A DNA stretch of 64,000 nucleotides from Macrostomum hystrix (Eukaryota > Animalia > Platyhelminthes). This document shows, piece after piece, positions 11,093 through 35,695 of the stretch (position 1 is the first letter of the stretch; each line of letters starts with the position of its first letter). The notes beneath the pieces are model-generated. The model saw only the letters and a program-made list of their open reading frames with translations, had not been told where the DNA came from and ran no database searches. The stretch is from positions 14,570,001-14,634,000 of the forward strand of contig CATNEN010000003.1 of NCBI GenBank assembly GCA_950097015.1. The letters are read 5' to 3'. The translations under genes and the position numbers were made by a program.

Positions 11093-12897
11093 ATGCCTAA
11101 ATATTTGCAAGGCCGCCAACGAACGGTTGCTGGCGCAGCCCACAAACCAACCAGCTCCAACGCCCTGTTGCCACACAAAGAGTCAATCAGTCATTACAAT
11201 CAGCTCCCAGTTGACGATGCCCTGACGGTATCGGATTCTGGCGGGCCAAATTCCATGGCCGAGCCGCTGAAACTTAGTCGGATCTGCATCAGCATGGCCA
11301 GCTTGTCAATAGCCGCCTACGTACTAACGTCTGGCATTGTTCAAGTAATATTCGCCGAACTGGGCATCTGCTTATGCGGAATTACCTTCACTAAGAATGA
11401 TTCATCTGACAAGGCTAGTAGTTTAACTGTTCTGTATTCTACTTTCAAAAGCTTCTCTTTCTGTCGAACCTTTCACTAATTACTTGTATTTCGCATCTTT
11501 CTCTATCAATGTTCTAACTTCAATCTCGTCTGCATTAGTTCCTCATTTTTCCCAATGCATGTCAAACCTTTCACAGTTGATTTCACACATTTCAAAATTG
11601 ATTTCATACTTCTAAATGGATTTCACACCCTAATCCACTGATTTCACACCCTAATACACTGATTTCACACCGTGATCCACTGATTTCACACCGTAATCCA
11701 CTGATTTCACACCCTAATCCACTGATTTCACACCGTAATCCACTGATTTCACACCGTAATCCACTGATTTCACACCGTAATCCACTGATTTCACACCCTA
11801 ATCCACAGATTACACACCCTAATCCACTACGCGTAATTTTTGAGAATCCCACCTTCAAAAGCCTATACCCCGTCATTCAGGTTAATTGGCTAGTTGCGTC
11901 ATGCCTTGTATCTGGCTCCCTACGTTTACTCTTCAGTATCTGCATAGCTCGGCCATTTTATAACAGACGGATCTGGACCGCACCGACTCGACAACAGGCC
12001 TACCTAGAGAAGCTAGATTCTGTAGCCAATTTGCCGGATGTCAAAGACTGCTCCCGCGATATGGGCGTTCTTGACCGGGAGCAGTTGATTGCCGGAATTA
12101 TTCATCCGGCCTTTTATCATCGGACAATTATGATTGCCTGGCAAGGTGAGAAATCTATTTAAAAATTGTTTAGATAAATTTAGAGTGAAGACGGAGAGTG
12201 AATGACCTTGAATATGGAGAGTGAATGTCCTTGAATATGGAGAGTGAATGTCCTTGAATATGGAGAGTGAATGTCCTTGAAGATGGAGAGTGAATGACCT
12301 TGAAGATGGAGAGTGAATGTCCTTGAAGATGGAGAGTGAATGTCCTTGAAGATGGAGAGTGAATGTCCTTGAAGATGGAGAGTGAATGACCTTGAAGATA
12401 GAGAGTGAATGTCCTTGAATATGGAAAGTGAATGTCCTTGAAGACGGAGAAAGAAATTTTCCCTGACAGTGAAGCGCCATCATTTGATTGTACTTTCAAA
12501 CCCAACCGCAGAGGGCCTAATATCTATGATTTGGCTGGTGCAGCACATACAGCGCATTTACCAAATGAATGCGCGATTTACCGAGACTGACAGCACTATG
12601 CTGATCCGGCGAGACAGACTGCTCGTGCAACTCTATGCGAGTACCGGCTCAAATTTCACCTCCACGCCGTTAAGCGAGTTCACTCATATTCTTGGCCTGT
12701 CAAATCGACCGGAGGCTATAAATCTGTTGCGCCACCCGGATACACTCTACAAACTCGCTAGCCACACCTGCGAAATATTCGCCCACACATCGGCAACCGT
12801 CTTTAGGCTGGAGGATATCTGCATGCTTGGCTTGCTAGGTTTTGTACTGCTACTACTGCCAGTAGCCATTCAAATCATGAAATTCTATAGGCAGTAG
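11093..12897 (+). CDS. Uncharacterised multi-pass membrane protein, 3 exons (11093 or 11255-11413, 11881-12145, 12470-12897)
   Basis: Exon 2 is an open frame bounded by cattcag and gtgag, and joins exon 3 (ctgacag acceptor) in phase 1. Exon 1 joins in phase 0 via an AAG|gc donor. Hydrophobic segments lie near both termini. Confidence 0.6.
11620..11828. repeat. 21-bp minisatellite (gatttcacaccgtaatccact), intronic
   Basis: About 10 tandem units. Confidence 0.95.
12193..12445. repeat. 23-bp minisatellite (ggagagtgaatgtccttgaagat), intronic
   Basis: About 11 tandem units. Confidence 0.95.
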
Positions 12898-12904
12898 TTA
12901 CACG

Positions 12905-13498
12905 TGCTAATTAGTCATCTGTGCCTATAGTTAGACCCTAGAATTCATCACCCGTGCTAATTAGACCCTAGAATTAGTCACCCGTGCTAATTAGACCCTA
13001 GAATTAGTCACCTGTGCTAATTAGACCCTAGAATTAGTCATCCCTGCTAATTAGACCCTAGAATTAGTCACCCGTGCTAATTAGACCCTAGAATTAGTCA
13101 CCTCTGCTAATTAGACCCTAGAATTAGTCACCTCTGCTAATTAGACCCTAGAATTAGTCACCTGTGCTAATTAGACCCTAGAATTAGTCATCCCTGCTAA
13201 TTAGACCCTAGAATTAGTCACCCGTGCTAATTAGACCCTAGAATTAGTCACCCGTGCTAATTAGACCCTTGAATTAGTCACCTCTGCTAATTAGACCCTA
13301 GAATTAGTCACCTGTGCTAATTAGACCCTAGAATTAGTCACCCGTGCTAATTAGACCCTAGAATTAGTCACCTGTGCTAATTAGACCCTAGAATTAGTCA
13401 CCTCTGCTAATTAGACCCTAGAATTAGTCACCTCTGCTAATTAGACCCTAGAATTAGCCACCTCTGCTAATTAGACCCTATAAGTAGTCACCCGTGCC
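12905..13498. repeat. 30-bp minisatellite (ctaattagaccctagaattagtcacccgtg)
   Basis: About 19 tandem units starting just after the stop codon at 12897. Confidence 0.95.
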
Positions 13499-14284
13499 AG
13501 TTAAAATATCTATTTTAGCATCTTTACCTTTATTTCAAACACCAAAGACAAGATCCAACGATTCGACAAAATGAAGCGTGATTTTTTGTTCCACAAAGTT
13601 GTAAAATTACTGATTGGATTACTTGCAAATATATATATTTGTGTGATCTTTAAAATCAATCAACAAAACGAAGTGCGTTTGAGAATAATTATTTATATCG
13701 GCTATATGTTTGGAAGAAAATAATAAAAAAGCAGAGATTTCCTATCCGTACAATGGAGGCAAAGAGTGCAACTTTTCAAAATAAAAAAGTCAGAAAGAAA
13801 AAGCACACCGATTTATTATTTGTTAAAAGAAACACCGTTCAGAGATTCAGAAAATATAACGATAAAAATATGCGAAACTTCTAGGTTGAATCGGTAGATG
13901 GAATTTAGAAATGAAAAATTGGAAAACATTTTGGCAGCTTTGTTATTTTAAAAGAAAATTTAGTTTTGAAAAATGGCGCAATGTCTTTTAGAAGAGAAAA
14001 GGGACAATAAAAAAATCAAAAGACATAAAGGTACATAAAGGAGATTACCGCATTTATTAAAGCACAGCTGCTTACCGATATTTTATAGCTAATGAGAAAC
14101 ACGCTTTTTTTGAAATCGCTTATCGCTACTAAAAGAAGTTCTGGAAAAATGTGCATTACACAGTTACACACTAGGTAGCTAGGTCTAAAACTAATTTAGG
14201 AACAACACAAAACTCTTTTAAAACTAGTTTTTGTTATCAGAAATTGAATCTCAACAACTCAACAGCTTGTCGGGTGGACACGAA

Positions 14285-26733
<12,449 letters not shown>

Positions 26734-27914
26734 TGTTGATTGATTTTTTATTAACAATTTGAGAACTGAAATATTTACCAACAAAAATTAATAATAGAAT
26801 AAATCAACTGATAATTGAATAGAATTGTTACAAATTTAATCAAATTGCATTTGATTAGATAATTTTCCAGACCTAAATCCTATTGGGCTATCAGCAATTA
26901 CCATTCTAGCATTGCCAATATGTATAGCTAGTTGAGTTGGGTGTGTGATTAAGAGCAAATGAAGACATGAGATAAGTGAGTTTAAATTATTGATCTTTAT
27001 TTCAAATAAACATTTTCTTCATTGCTTGTTATTTTTTAATCGACCTTCAACTTTACCTAAATGTTGAGCCACAACTCAATAGCTATAATTGTTTATTGAA
27101 GCTTAGTACATTATTAGAAACCTTCATTGCTGCTTTTGATATAATATTTTTAGAACTGCCAGAAGTGAATAATTTCTTTAATGATAGACATTTTAGAAAT
27201 TATTTTACCAACTGCTAATATTAGTTACTGAAATTGGGCTTCATTTATTTTCTTAGAAATTGTCTATTTTGTTGTTTTGCACTGATGCATCAAATTTGTA
27301 ACAGTTTTAATGAAGTGGAGGAGTGACGTGAAAACAGGTATAAATATACAAGTGAGAGGAAGTAGAAAATAAACATTTTTGTCTTGAGAACAGCGTTCAG
27401 AATAAGAAAGCTTGAATATTGAAGTGTTTGTCTTAAAGTTATTTGAAGAGATATTATGAAGAGAACTGAAGAGTGTGTAAGGATAGATGTAACCCTAGAT
27501 CCACTGGTAAAGCCCAAGACGGACTAAAGAATAAATGAAGATTGATTGAAGAGTAATTGAAGAGTGATAAGACTTAAGAAAGATTGATAAAGAGTGATAA
27601 AGAAGAATAAATAGGGATAAATCATAGTAATAAAGACTGATAAAGAGGGATAAATACTGACAAAGAGTACATACAAAAATAATATAGTAAAGTTATCAAT
27701 GCAAGTAAATAGAAAGGATAGATATTGGCCACATTGAAAATATAATGCTACCAATTTGAATTTGAAATAAGAAGTATATAAAGTGAATAATTAAAGATAT
27801 TCATAAGTTTTCTAAAAGAAAATATTTGAATTATTTAGAACAGGCCTGTAACAACTTTATATTTTTTAATATTAGTGGCATTTTAAAGATTAGAAAATAC
27901 AACACTACAACAAC

Positions 27915-28198
27915 TTTGGTTGTGTATCAACTTCAATTCCCGACTCCGCTGGAACAATTTGTGTATTTAAGCAAGACACTTAACTCTGTATTGCTTCAGT
28001 TCACCCAGCTGTTAAATGGGTACCAGCATCAGCTGGGATAATTGAGGGTGGGTGTGGTGTCCCCTCAGTCCATGGACTGAACAGCCGTACACCGCATTCA
28101 GATGCGCAGCTCAATAGCTGCGGCTGTGCTGTCACCTGTTGGCTGCATATCTGACCCAATTGGAATTGGGGCAGGTGTAATCAATTATTATTATTATT
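27915..28198 (+). mobile_element. SINE family A with CORE-like central domain and (ATT)n tail
   Basis: gcaagacacttaactct...cacccagctgttaaatgggtacc resembles the CORE/Meta SINE central domain; (att)n tail; homologous copy at 59420-59625. Confidence 0.7.
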
Positions 28199-28203
28199 GG
28201 TGG

Positions 28204-28864
28204 TGATGTGCTGTAGTCTGCTGAGCAGCCTCCAGTGGAGTCAGCGCTGCCCTGGTGCTGTGGGTGGGCTTGGGATTAGTAGGTCTGTGGTTTCCCATGC
28301 ACACTCACCTCTGCTCGCCACCCCCTCCTCTTTCTCTCTCTTGTTCCAGCTCTGTCTGCACACTGAGTCATATTGCATGCCATGGTGCAATCGCTTCGGT
28401 TTGGAAGAAGACTGGCAGAATATTGCTCAAATGCCCCTACTATAATTACTAAGTAGAGCACACTCTGACGAATATACCAGATGGTGTTAGCATTGTGGCT
28501 GCACATTTTCTCTACTTAGATGGCATCTCTATGACTGTTTTTTTCTTTGTGCATTTACCACTGAGTTGGAAACATAAATTTGGAAACATAGTTTCTGGCT
28601 TTTTTTCGTGTCTAGTCCTAGCAACTAAGATACACTATTTATAAAATATAAACTAAGTCTAAGATTTCTCAGCACTTAGAAAATTCCCTTCCATTAAATC
28701 ATATACACCACGAGAGAGAACTTACCAATCCTAGCCTGACTACCAGGTTGTGTCCACTGTGAAGACACACCAGTGTTGAGGCCAGTGAAATCTTCTCTGA
28801 GTCTAGCGTTCCTGTCTTGGTTATTTTCACCAATTGTGTGTACCACGCTACCACAGGTACAACA
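28204..28864 (+). mobile_element. Solo LTR related to the Gypsy element at 36301-45452
   Basis: TG...CA ends, 661 bp, 4-bp TSD GTGG (28200-28203 and 28865-28868). Both ends align with the full-element LTR in opposite orientation; the middle is diverged. Confidence 0.92.
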
Positions 28865-30993
28865 GTGGCATTATTAGGATTAGGAGTTTAGAAGTTAGGC
28901 CTAGGCTATGACATCATAATTAAATATTTTTTGCAAATATTGAAATTTATTTAGGAACTTTACTAAAATGTTTTTACTGCAACCTTAGAATTGGTAATTT
29001 GTGATTCTTTAATTTATGGTAGCAATTATAAAAATAAGAATCAATACTATGATATAGATATATATATGCTAACCTGTGCATTATAGCTTTATGATTTTAT
29101 AGCTAGTATTAATTTATAAATGTATAGTAACCAGCACGGTATTAAGTGTATTTAACAGGCTAGTAATGTTGCCTATGGGCTTGGGGTCCAGGTTGTTTCA
29201 GTGACAAGACATTTTTTGAGCATAGAAACTTTGTCTAACTCAGAATATTCCAGCACAAATTCCAACAGTTAATGTGTTATACATTACTTGTCAGAATAAC
29301 TGTCTGAGAGCTTATTAGATGTATGCATATAATTTCTAGTTGGAATAACTGTAACAAACTGACTTTTTAGTCGGAATAACTGTTGTAAATAACTGTCGGA
29401 ATATGCAAACAGGTAATGTATAACACATGTATAAAAATGTATAAAAACTGTGGGATAAGTGTCGGAATATTCCGAGTAGGACAAAGTTTCTAAGCTCAAT
29501 TTTTGTGACAAATGGAGTCTGGACACCTTGGTTACAATGGTCATTTTGGTGACAAATGTGTCATCAAAACAACCTTAGCATAGCATGACAGTAAATTGAC
29601 TTTTGCATGTCTCCAAAAGTCTGTCACCAACATGTCTTATTATCAAAACAACCATAAGCATTTGCCTCATGGCATAAGCACATTAAATTGCACCAACTTT
29701 GTCTGAAAAATTAATTGAACAAATACCAATTAAAATAACACATAAATACTAATAGCTAGCTAATATTAGACTAAGAATTGGTATATTTAAAATAATTATT
29801 TAAGTTAAACAAAGAAAAAAGCTGCAGTCCAAATGGACTTTTTTATTATTAGGTTAGTTGTCTTTTAGGACATTGTCAAAATAAACAAAATTGAATATTT
29901 CACAAATTATATCCCCATTTTTATGAAAAGTCCATACCTTATCAAATCTCTTATTTCTACCCATACTACTAACAAGATTGTGGCTTAATTCTAAAATAAA
30001 AAGTTTGATCAATGTCTGTCTGTGGAAACAAACAGTTAGTTCTTTAGTAAGTTCAAGAAGTTTATAAATTTTAAAAGTGACACTTATTTTAAAGGAAATC
30101 GTTTTTGGTTAGGCAAAATGGCCAAAAACGGTATCTTCAGTCAGTCAAAAGTAAATTTAAGTTAAAAGTTAAAAGTTAAAAGTTAAGTTAAAGTTAAAGA
30201 GACGAGTTGACGACGTCACACTTTACGATGTGAACTTTAATTTACGAACATTGGAGGTCCTTTTTAAATTTGCGGGTCTGCGATAATTATAAAGAAATTT
30301 CAAAACACCGGAGACTAGAGAGTATAAACAAAACACTTACTATATGAATAAAAGGCTACAATAGGCTTTTGCTTTTATTAAAAAATACTTTTAATGAAGA
30401 AGCGGACATTAAAGCATTATTGTGTCTAGATATCGCGGGCAATTTCGTGAAAATAATCGTTAGTGTGCTGCCCCGGAATTTGTAGTCTATAGCCGAATTT
30501 GTGCCAGAAAATTTAACGGATATGCAACGTATATTTAACACATTTAACCACTGATGAACTATAGATCGATTGAACGTAGGTTTTGTCATTAATATTACTA
30601 CCAAGGACACACTAAGCAATTCGTCCACTGCTTTATAGCTATTCACCGCTTTCATACAGTCACAAGAAGAAGCTAATTTTAGCACCATCCTTCTCCAAAG
30701 TTGCGATTGGGTTGCGCGACAGACCAGACTCGTTGGTCTCTGATTCACGGCGTTCGATTGCAAGCACCTTTTACGTAGTAGTCTCGTGGTGCAAACCTGC
30801 CGTGAGACTGCGAGAAACCAGTGTGACGTTGTCACTTGTTGAAGGCATCCCTGCGCCCCTACAATATTACTCTATGCGTTGATTATATGCTTAATTTCCA
30901 AATTATGTACTTGCGAGGGCCGTTTTAACTCATCGTATAATATTATCCAATTCTGTTAATTTATATTAGTAAGTCAAATTATTAGTGCGCTAC

Positions 30994-31223
30994 TGTCAGT
31001 AACCATAAACGTATATCGCGCCATTCTAGCTATTTACTACGCGTATCGTAATGTATTTTCCCCCCGGCCAATGAGCGTGCGAGCTCTGGCTGGCCGGAAG
31101 TATCGATCGCTTTGTTTTTCAATCAGCCTAGTTTACTTAATCAAGGGCTTCAGGCCCGCTCGCGTCTCACTTTCCTTCAGGCCCGCTCGCGTCTCACTTT
31201 CTTTCCGGCCCGCTCGCGCTCCA

Positions 31224-31261
<38 letters not shown>

Positions 31262-31512
31262 TTCTTTCCGGCTGGTTCTGCGCTCCACTGGTTCTTTCTT
31301 CCTCACTTTCGTTATCGCCATTCTCGCTCTTCTACGTTTCGTGCCGTGACTTTTCTCACTCACTACACTCCACTACATTCGGTTCTGACACTCACCATTA
31401 CGAGCTCCTACGCCTTACATTACGCCCTGCTTGTCGACGTCCCAGTGCATACAGAATAAAAGTGCTACCGCTACGTCACCCACATTACTGACTTTGAATC
31501 GCCGAACTTACA
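30994..31512 (+). mobile_element. Possible LTR-like GC-rich segment with 27-bp and (ggttct)n repeats
   Basis: tgtcag...cttaca ends, CCAAT and ccggaagt motifs, aataaa about 55 bp before the CA. No TSD was found. Confidence 0.3.
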
Positions 31513-31704
31513 ATTGTCGCTGCTCAGACTTCGACTTCGTCCTTTGTGTTTAATCGTCACACCAGCTGGATCTTCCTCTTCTCAGAGATGCGTCTGGTGA
31601 CCGGCCGACGGATTCATCACGGCGATGGCCTACAAATAAGCGGGAGAATAAATTTAGGATCTTAAGTTATGTGAAATACGATACATTTTTTCATATTTAG
31701 CGCG

Positions 31705-32405
31705 CTACTGGCCTGTAACAGCCTTGATTTCTTCCATGGAATGACCAGCTTCAGCCAGGTTCGTCAGGGTCGTAGTTCTGACGCAATGGTTGGTGTAGAC
31801 TCGGCTCAGTCCGGCACGCTCAGAAATTTTCTTCATCATCTCGTTTAGCATGTTCTTGCCAAGAACGCAGGTTGAGAGTGTACCAATTTTCTGATCCAGG
31901 TTTGATCTTGAGAGGTTTCGGAAAAGCACACTGACCTGCTGCGGAACCTTAGATAGGTACATCTCCACGGCTGCAACAGCGCATCGGGCATCGTCGGTTG
32001 CGAAAAGACGAATCTGTTTGCCGTCCGTCCAATCCCTCTCAGTGATGTTTTTCTCAGCTCCATCCTTGACCAGATCGATACACTTGACGCCGTTCTCTGA
32101 CGAGACAATTAGGTCTGACTTCTTCAGAGCTCGGATCGACTCTCTGCCACGGAAATCAGCTTGATCCAGCTCCACCGTTGTTGTTTCCATGCTAGTGACC
32201 TCCTCGGAGTCTAGCTCAGTCAAAAATGTATCCAGAAATTCACTGTCCCCTGCAGTGAAACTCCAGTGTATTGGTTGATTACGCCAGGCGCATCTGGGCT
32301 CATCGATAGCCGAGAGACGAACTCATATTCCTGCCGTTCGAGCCCGGCGATTTCTCCCGGGCAATTCGTGGCAATTCTTGCTAAATTTATCATGTTGGCT
32401 TGCAA
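31705..32405 (-). pseudogene. Crypton-type tyrosine recombinase relic (DUF3504/KCTD1-like)
   Basis: FRGRESIRALKKSD, CAVAAVEMYLSK, LGKNMLNEMMKKISERAGLSRVYTNHCVRTT, EIKAVTG. Frameshifted near 32220 and truncated before the catalytic Tyr. Confidence 0.8.
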
Positions 32406-32642
32406 AGCCAGATTGTTAATTGAGAATGAAAATCAGAACTGAAAGAGCTCAGATAACAGGATTCAGATTCTCGAAAAACGTGTCTATGGCTTCGCCCCCA
32501 CACCCAATTTGTACTCAGCCTCGCATGAGCGGGACGAAATGACGATTCGGCCCGGGAATATTGTCTGCCTAAACCTGACTAGCCCGGCATCTGGAGCGGG
32601 CCGAAATGAAATTATTATGGCCCGCGTATTCGACACAATATG

Positions 32643-32750
32643 GATATGTCTATGGTTTCTCGGGCCGAAGAGACGGCATAATCCTCGGGCTGCTGCGTGC
32701 ATGCATCCCTCGGATTTTGCCGTTTCAGCCCTCGAAACCATAGACATATC
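32643..32750. repeat. Long imperfect hairpin upstream of the Crypton relic
   Basis: Perfect 17-bp arms gatatgtctatggtttc / gaaaccatagacatatc plus inner pairing around cctcgggctgc..ccctcgg. Confidence 0.75.
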
Positions 32751-33116
32751 TATAGGAGTATATTGTGTTCTGTTGTGTAGATATTGTGTGAGCCCAAAAT
32801 GTGTAAAAGTTGAATTTGAATTCATTAAGAGGAAAGATTGAATCAGTTATGTATTTCAATATTGTCAGATGTATCGGATGTGCACAAAGTGGATTCGTTA
32901 AAAGTAAAATAACAGCATCTAGAGTAAGATATATACTCCTAGCTTGGTCCTTAAAGTATAGAAAAGTGGTTCTTAAAGTGAGATTTGAATCAGTCTACTA
33001 AACTAATCTACTTAATTATAATTAGGCAGTAAACGTTATACAAAGTTGGGGGCAAACCTGGATCCGAAGCGCCCATACCTGCGCCACAGCATAAATATTT
33101 ATTGCCATATATAGTA

Positions 33117-34790
33117 CGAGGTGTGTCCCAAAAGTCCGTGCACTTTCTTCATTTTAGCCGGTTCTGAGCAACCAAAAATATTCAGACTGCAGCAGTTACA
33201 AAGACAATTATCTGCCCGTAAAAATGACCTGCTGTTTGTTCATGTATCTACTGTCATTCTCAAGATATTTTACTTTTAGTGCCCCACCCCCTGTACCACT
33301 TCTACAAAGTGCCGTAAGCAGAGTTTTCGAGCTTTATCGATCTATTGAAAATTGTGTCGAACTTCAGTCATGTCAGATTGGATGAGTTATGTACTTTGTG
33401 GTAAAATTTCTTTACTCTGATTTGTCTATGGTGAAAATAGCGTCCTTCGTTTGGCAGAGCCCACGTCATGAGCCCACGTGAGCCCATCTGGGTTTTCAAA
33501 GTTTTCGCTGAAGTTTTGCACTCTGTTTGCCAAGATGAGCTCAGTGCACAGCGTCGAGAGCCAACGCAGCCAGATTTTTGCACTGTGGACTGCAGGCTGG
33601 AATGCCAGTTGGATTGCTGACCATCTTCAAGAGCAACATGGAGACAGTGGTCTTAAACTGAGGGCCATTTATGGCTGGATTGAACGCTTGAAAAGTGGCC
33701 AGTTGACAGTCTCTGACCAGCAGCGCAGTGGGCGGCCGCAATCGCCTGTAAGCAAACTCCTTGGTCAACAAATTCAAGAATTGCTTGAAACTGATGCCAG
33801 ACTGACAGTCCGCGAGATCGCAGACATGCTCGGCAGCCCGAAGTCCACAATTCATCGCACGATGACAGAGCAGTTGGAGCTGTCAAAGATCTCGGCCCGC
33901 TGGGTGCCGCGTCTCCTCACGCCCGACCTCAAGGCTCTCCGACTGGAGATTTCAGCATCCAACCTCAGGTTTGTTCAGGAGCAAGGTGGCTGGGATGATG
34001 TCCGCAATCTGGTCATCTCTGGGGACGAAACATGGATCCCATTTTTCGACCCTGAGACGAAGGAGGAAAGCCGTGTTTAGGCGAAAAAGGGATCCCAACC
34101 TCCTGTGAAGGCTCACCGCGACAAGCACTCCAAGAAAATCATGATGACGATTTTCTTCGATCGATCTGGCCCACTCACAGTCGAGTTCTTGGAAGAAGGG
34201 CAGACCGCTAATGCTAATGCTGACCGCTATTGCGCCACAGTACAGAAACTCAAGCTGATATCCATAACAAGCGTCGGTCAGGTGAGAAGCCGTACCTTCT
34301 CCACCATGACAATGCACGCCCCCACACGACCAAGAAGACAGTGGAGACGAGCAGGCCAACTTCGAGTTGCTCTCACACCCGCCCTATTCTCCGGATTTGC
34401 CACCAGCTGATTTCGCGATCTTTCCAAAAATGAAGAAGCTTCTGCGTGGACGAATCTTTGCTTGTCGCTGGGATCTCGAGGCTTTGACTTGCCAAGTTCT
34501 CCTTCATGAGATGCCACGCTCAGATTTTGCCGATGCCATCGATGACATGCATACCCGATGGCAGAAGTGTGTACAGCGTGGTGGGGACTACGCAGAAAAG
34601 CCCCAGGACAATGTCGATGATTAAACTTTTACAGTTCTTTTTTTTCTGTTTTTTTAGTGTTACGGATGTTTCGTTGAAGTGCATCAGATAGAAAGCTGTT
34701 GTCTTTACGGCACTTTGTAGAAGTGGTACAGGGGGTTGGGCACTAAAAGTAAAATATCTCGAGAATGACAGTAGATACATGAACAAACAG
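33117..34790 (+). mobile_element. Mariner (DD34D-like) transposon with inactivated transposase and truncated right TIR
   Basis: TA|CGAGG start; transposase from ATG 33535 to 34624 with WVPRLL, GDETW, HHDNARPH and HPPYSPDL; TAG at 34078 plus frameshifts; 33232-33317 is inverted at 34705-34790. Confidence 0.93.
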
Positions 34791-35141
34791 TGCAAAAAAT
34801 TCCATTTTAATAATCGAATTGAGTTAGTACGAAATACCTGTGCTGCATGTCCAACGTTCGCTTGCTTTATTATTAATAAGCAGTGAAGGGCGCGGCAATT
34901 AATTAAAAATTATATCACTTGTATTGTACAAATCACGTTTCCCAAAAGTCTGACGACAAAGTCAGATGTTCTTTGTCCCACGCAGAAAAAGAAATCTGAC
35001 ACCAAATTGCAATTGACACAAAAATTAAATTGATCTGGTGGAGTAATGTCACTAACTCATCGTGTTAATGCGTTTTAGTATCAAATAAAAAATCTTCGTG
35101 CTCTATCGGATTATTTAAAGTAGAAATAGAATAATCCCAGC

Positions 35142-35150
35142 CTATATAAA
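35142..35150 (+). promoter_or_regulatory. Candidate TATA box of the neuropeptide gene
   Basis: ctatataaa about 100 bp upstream of ATG 35243. Confidence 0.4.
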
Positions 35151-35242
35151 TCGGATCCATTTTTATGTCCATGATTTTCGCAGGTTTGGTCTGTATATTG
35201 CTAAATAAAATAACTAGTAATTCTATTCAAAAGACGGCAGTG

Positions 35243-35695
35243 ATGACTTCAACTGTTAAAAGTGGACTAGTTTTGGCTGTGCTAATTTTTAGCCTACAAT
35301 CGTCACTAATTAACAGTCGCGGCCTACACGACAACACAGAGCCTGCGCAATCGCATGTCATCGAAGCGATGTACAATAATGTCTATGGCGATGATCGAAT
35401 CACGACGATGGCACCAGCTATTGCTAGTCCAACAACAACAAGCGGTGGTGAAACTGAAGAGAATGAATTATCAGACTATCTGATGCAGCTACACAGCCTA
35501 CTGGCTCTGGCTAGCCGACCTAGGTTTGAAATCAATCAATTTTGATTGACATATCTCTATGCCAATGTGTTAAATAAGTGCTGTATATTAGTTTTAATTG
35601 AAACGATTGCACAATTAAATTTTAGATTTGGCAAACGCGCGGTCAAGGCAGCCATTGATGACGACAAGAAAGATCGTCTCAACCTGTTCATCTGA
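35243..35695 (+). CDS. npf: Neuropeptide F/Y family precursor, 2 exons (35243-35523, 35626-35695)
   Basis: Signal peptide; ELSDYLMQLHSLLALASRPR|FGKR; phase-2 intron inside the Arg codon of RPRF (conserved in NPY/NPF genes); GKR amidation/cleavage site; aataaa at ~35745. Confidence 0.92.

Noticed and set aside
29280-29660. Scattered tcggaata and gtgacaaa motifs suggesting DNA-transposon subterminal repeats
   Set aside because: No termini, TSD or coding remnant could be defined
30356-30835. 159-aa minus-strand ORF
   Set aside because: No recognisable motif, non-ATG start and no splice support
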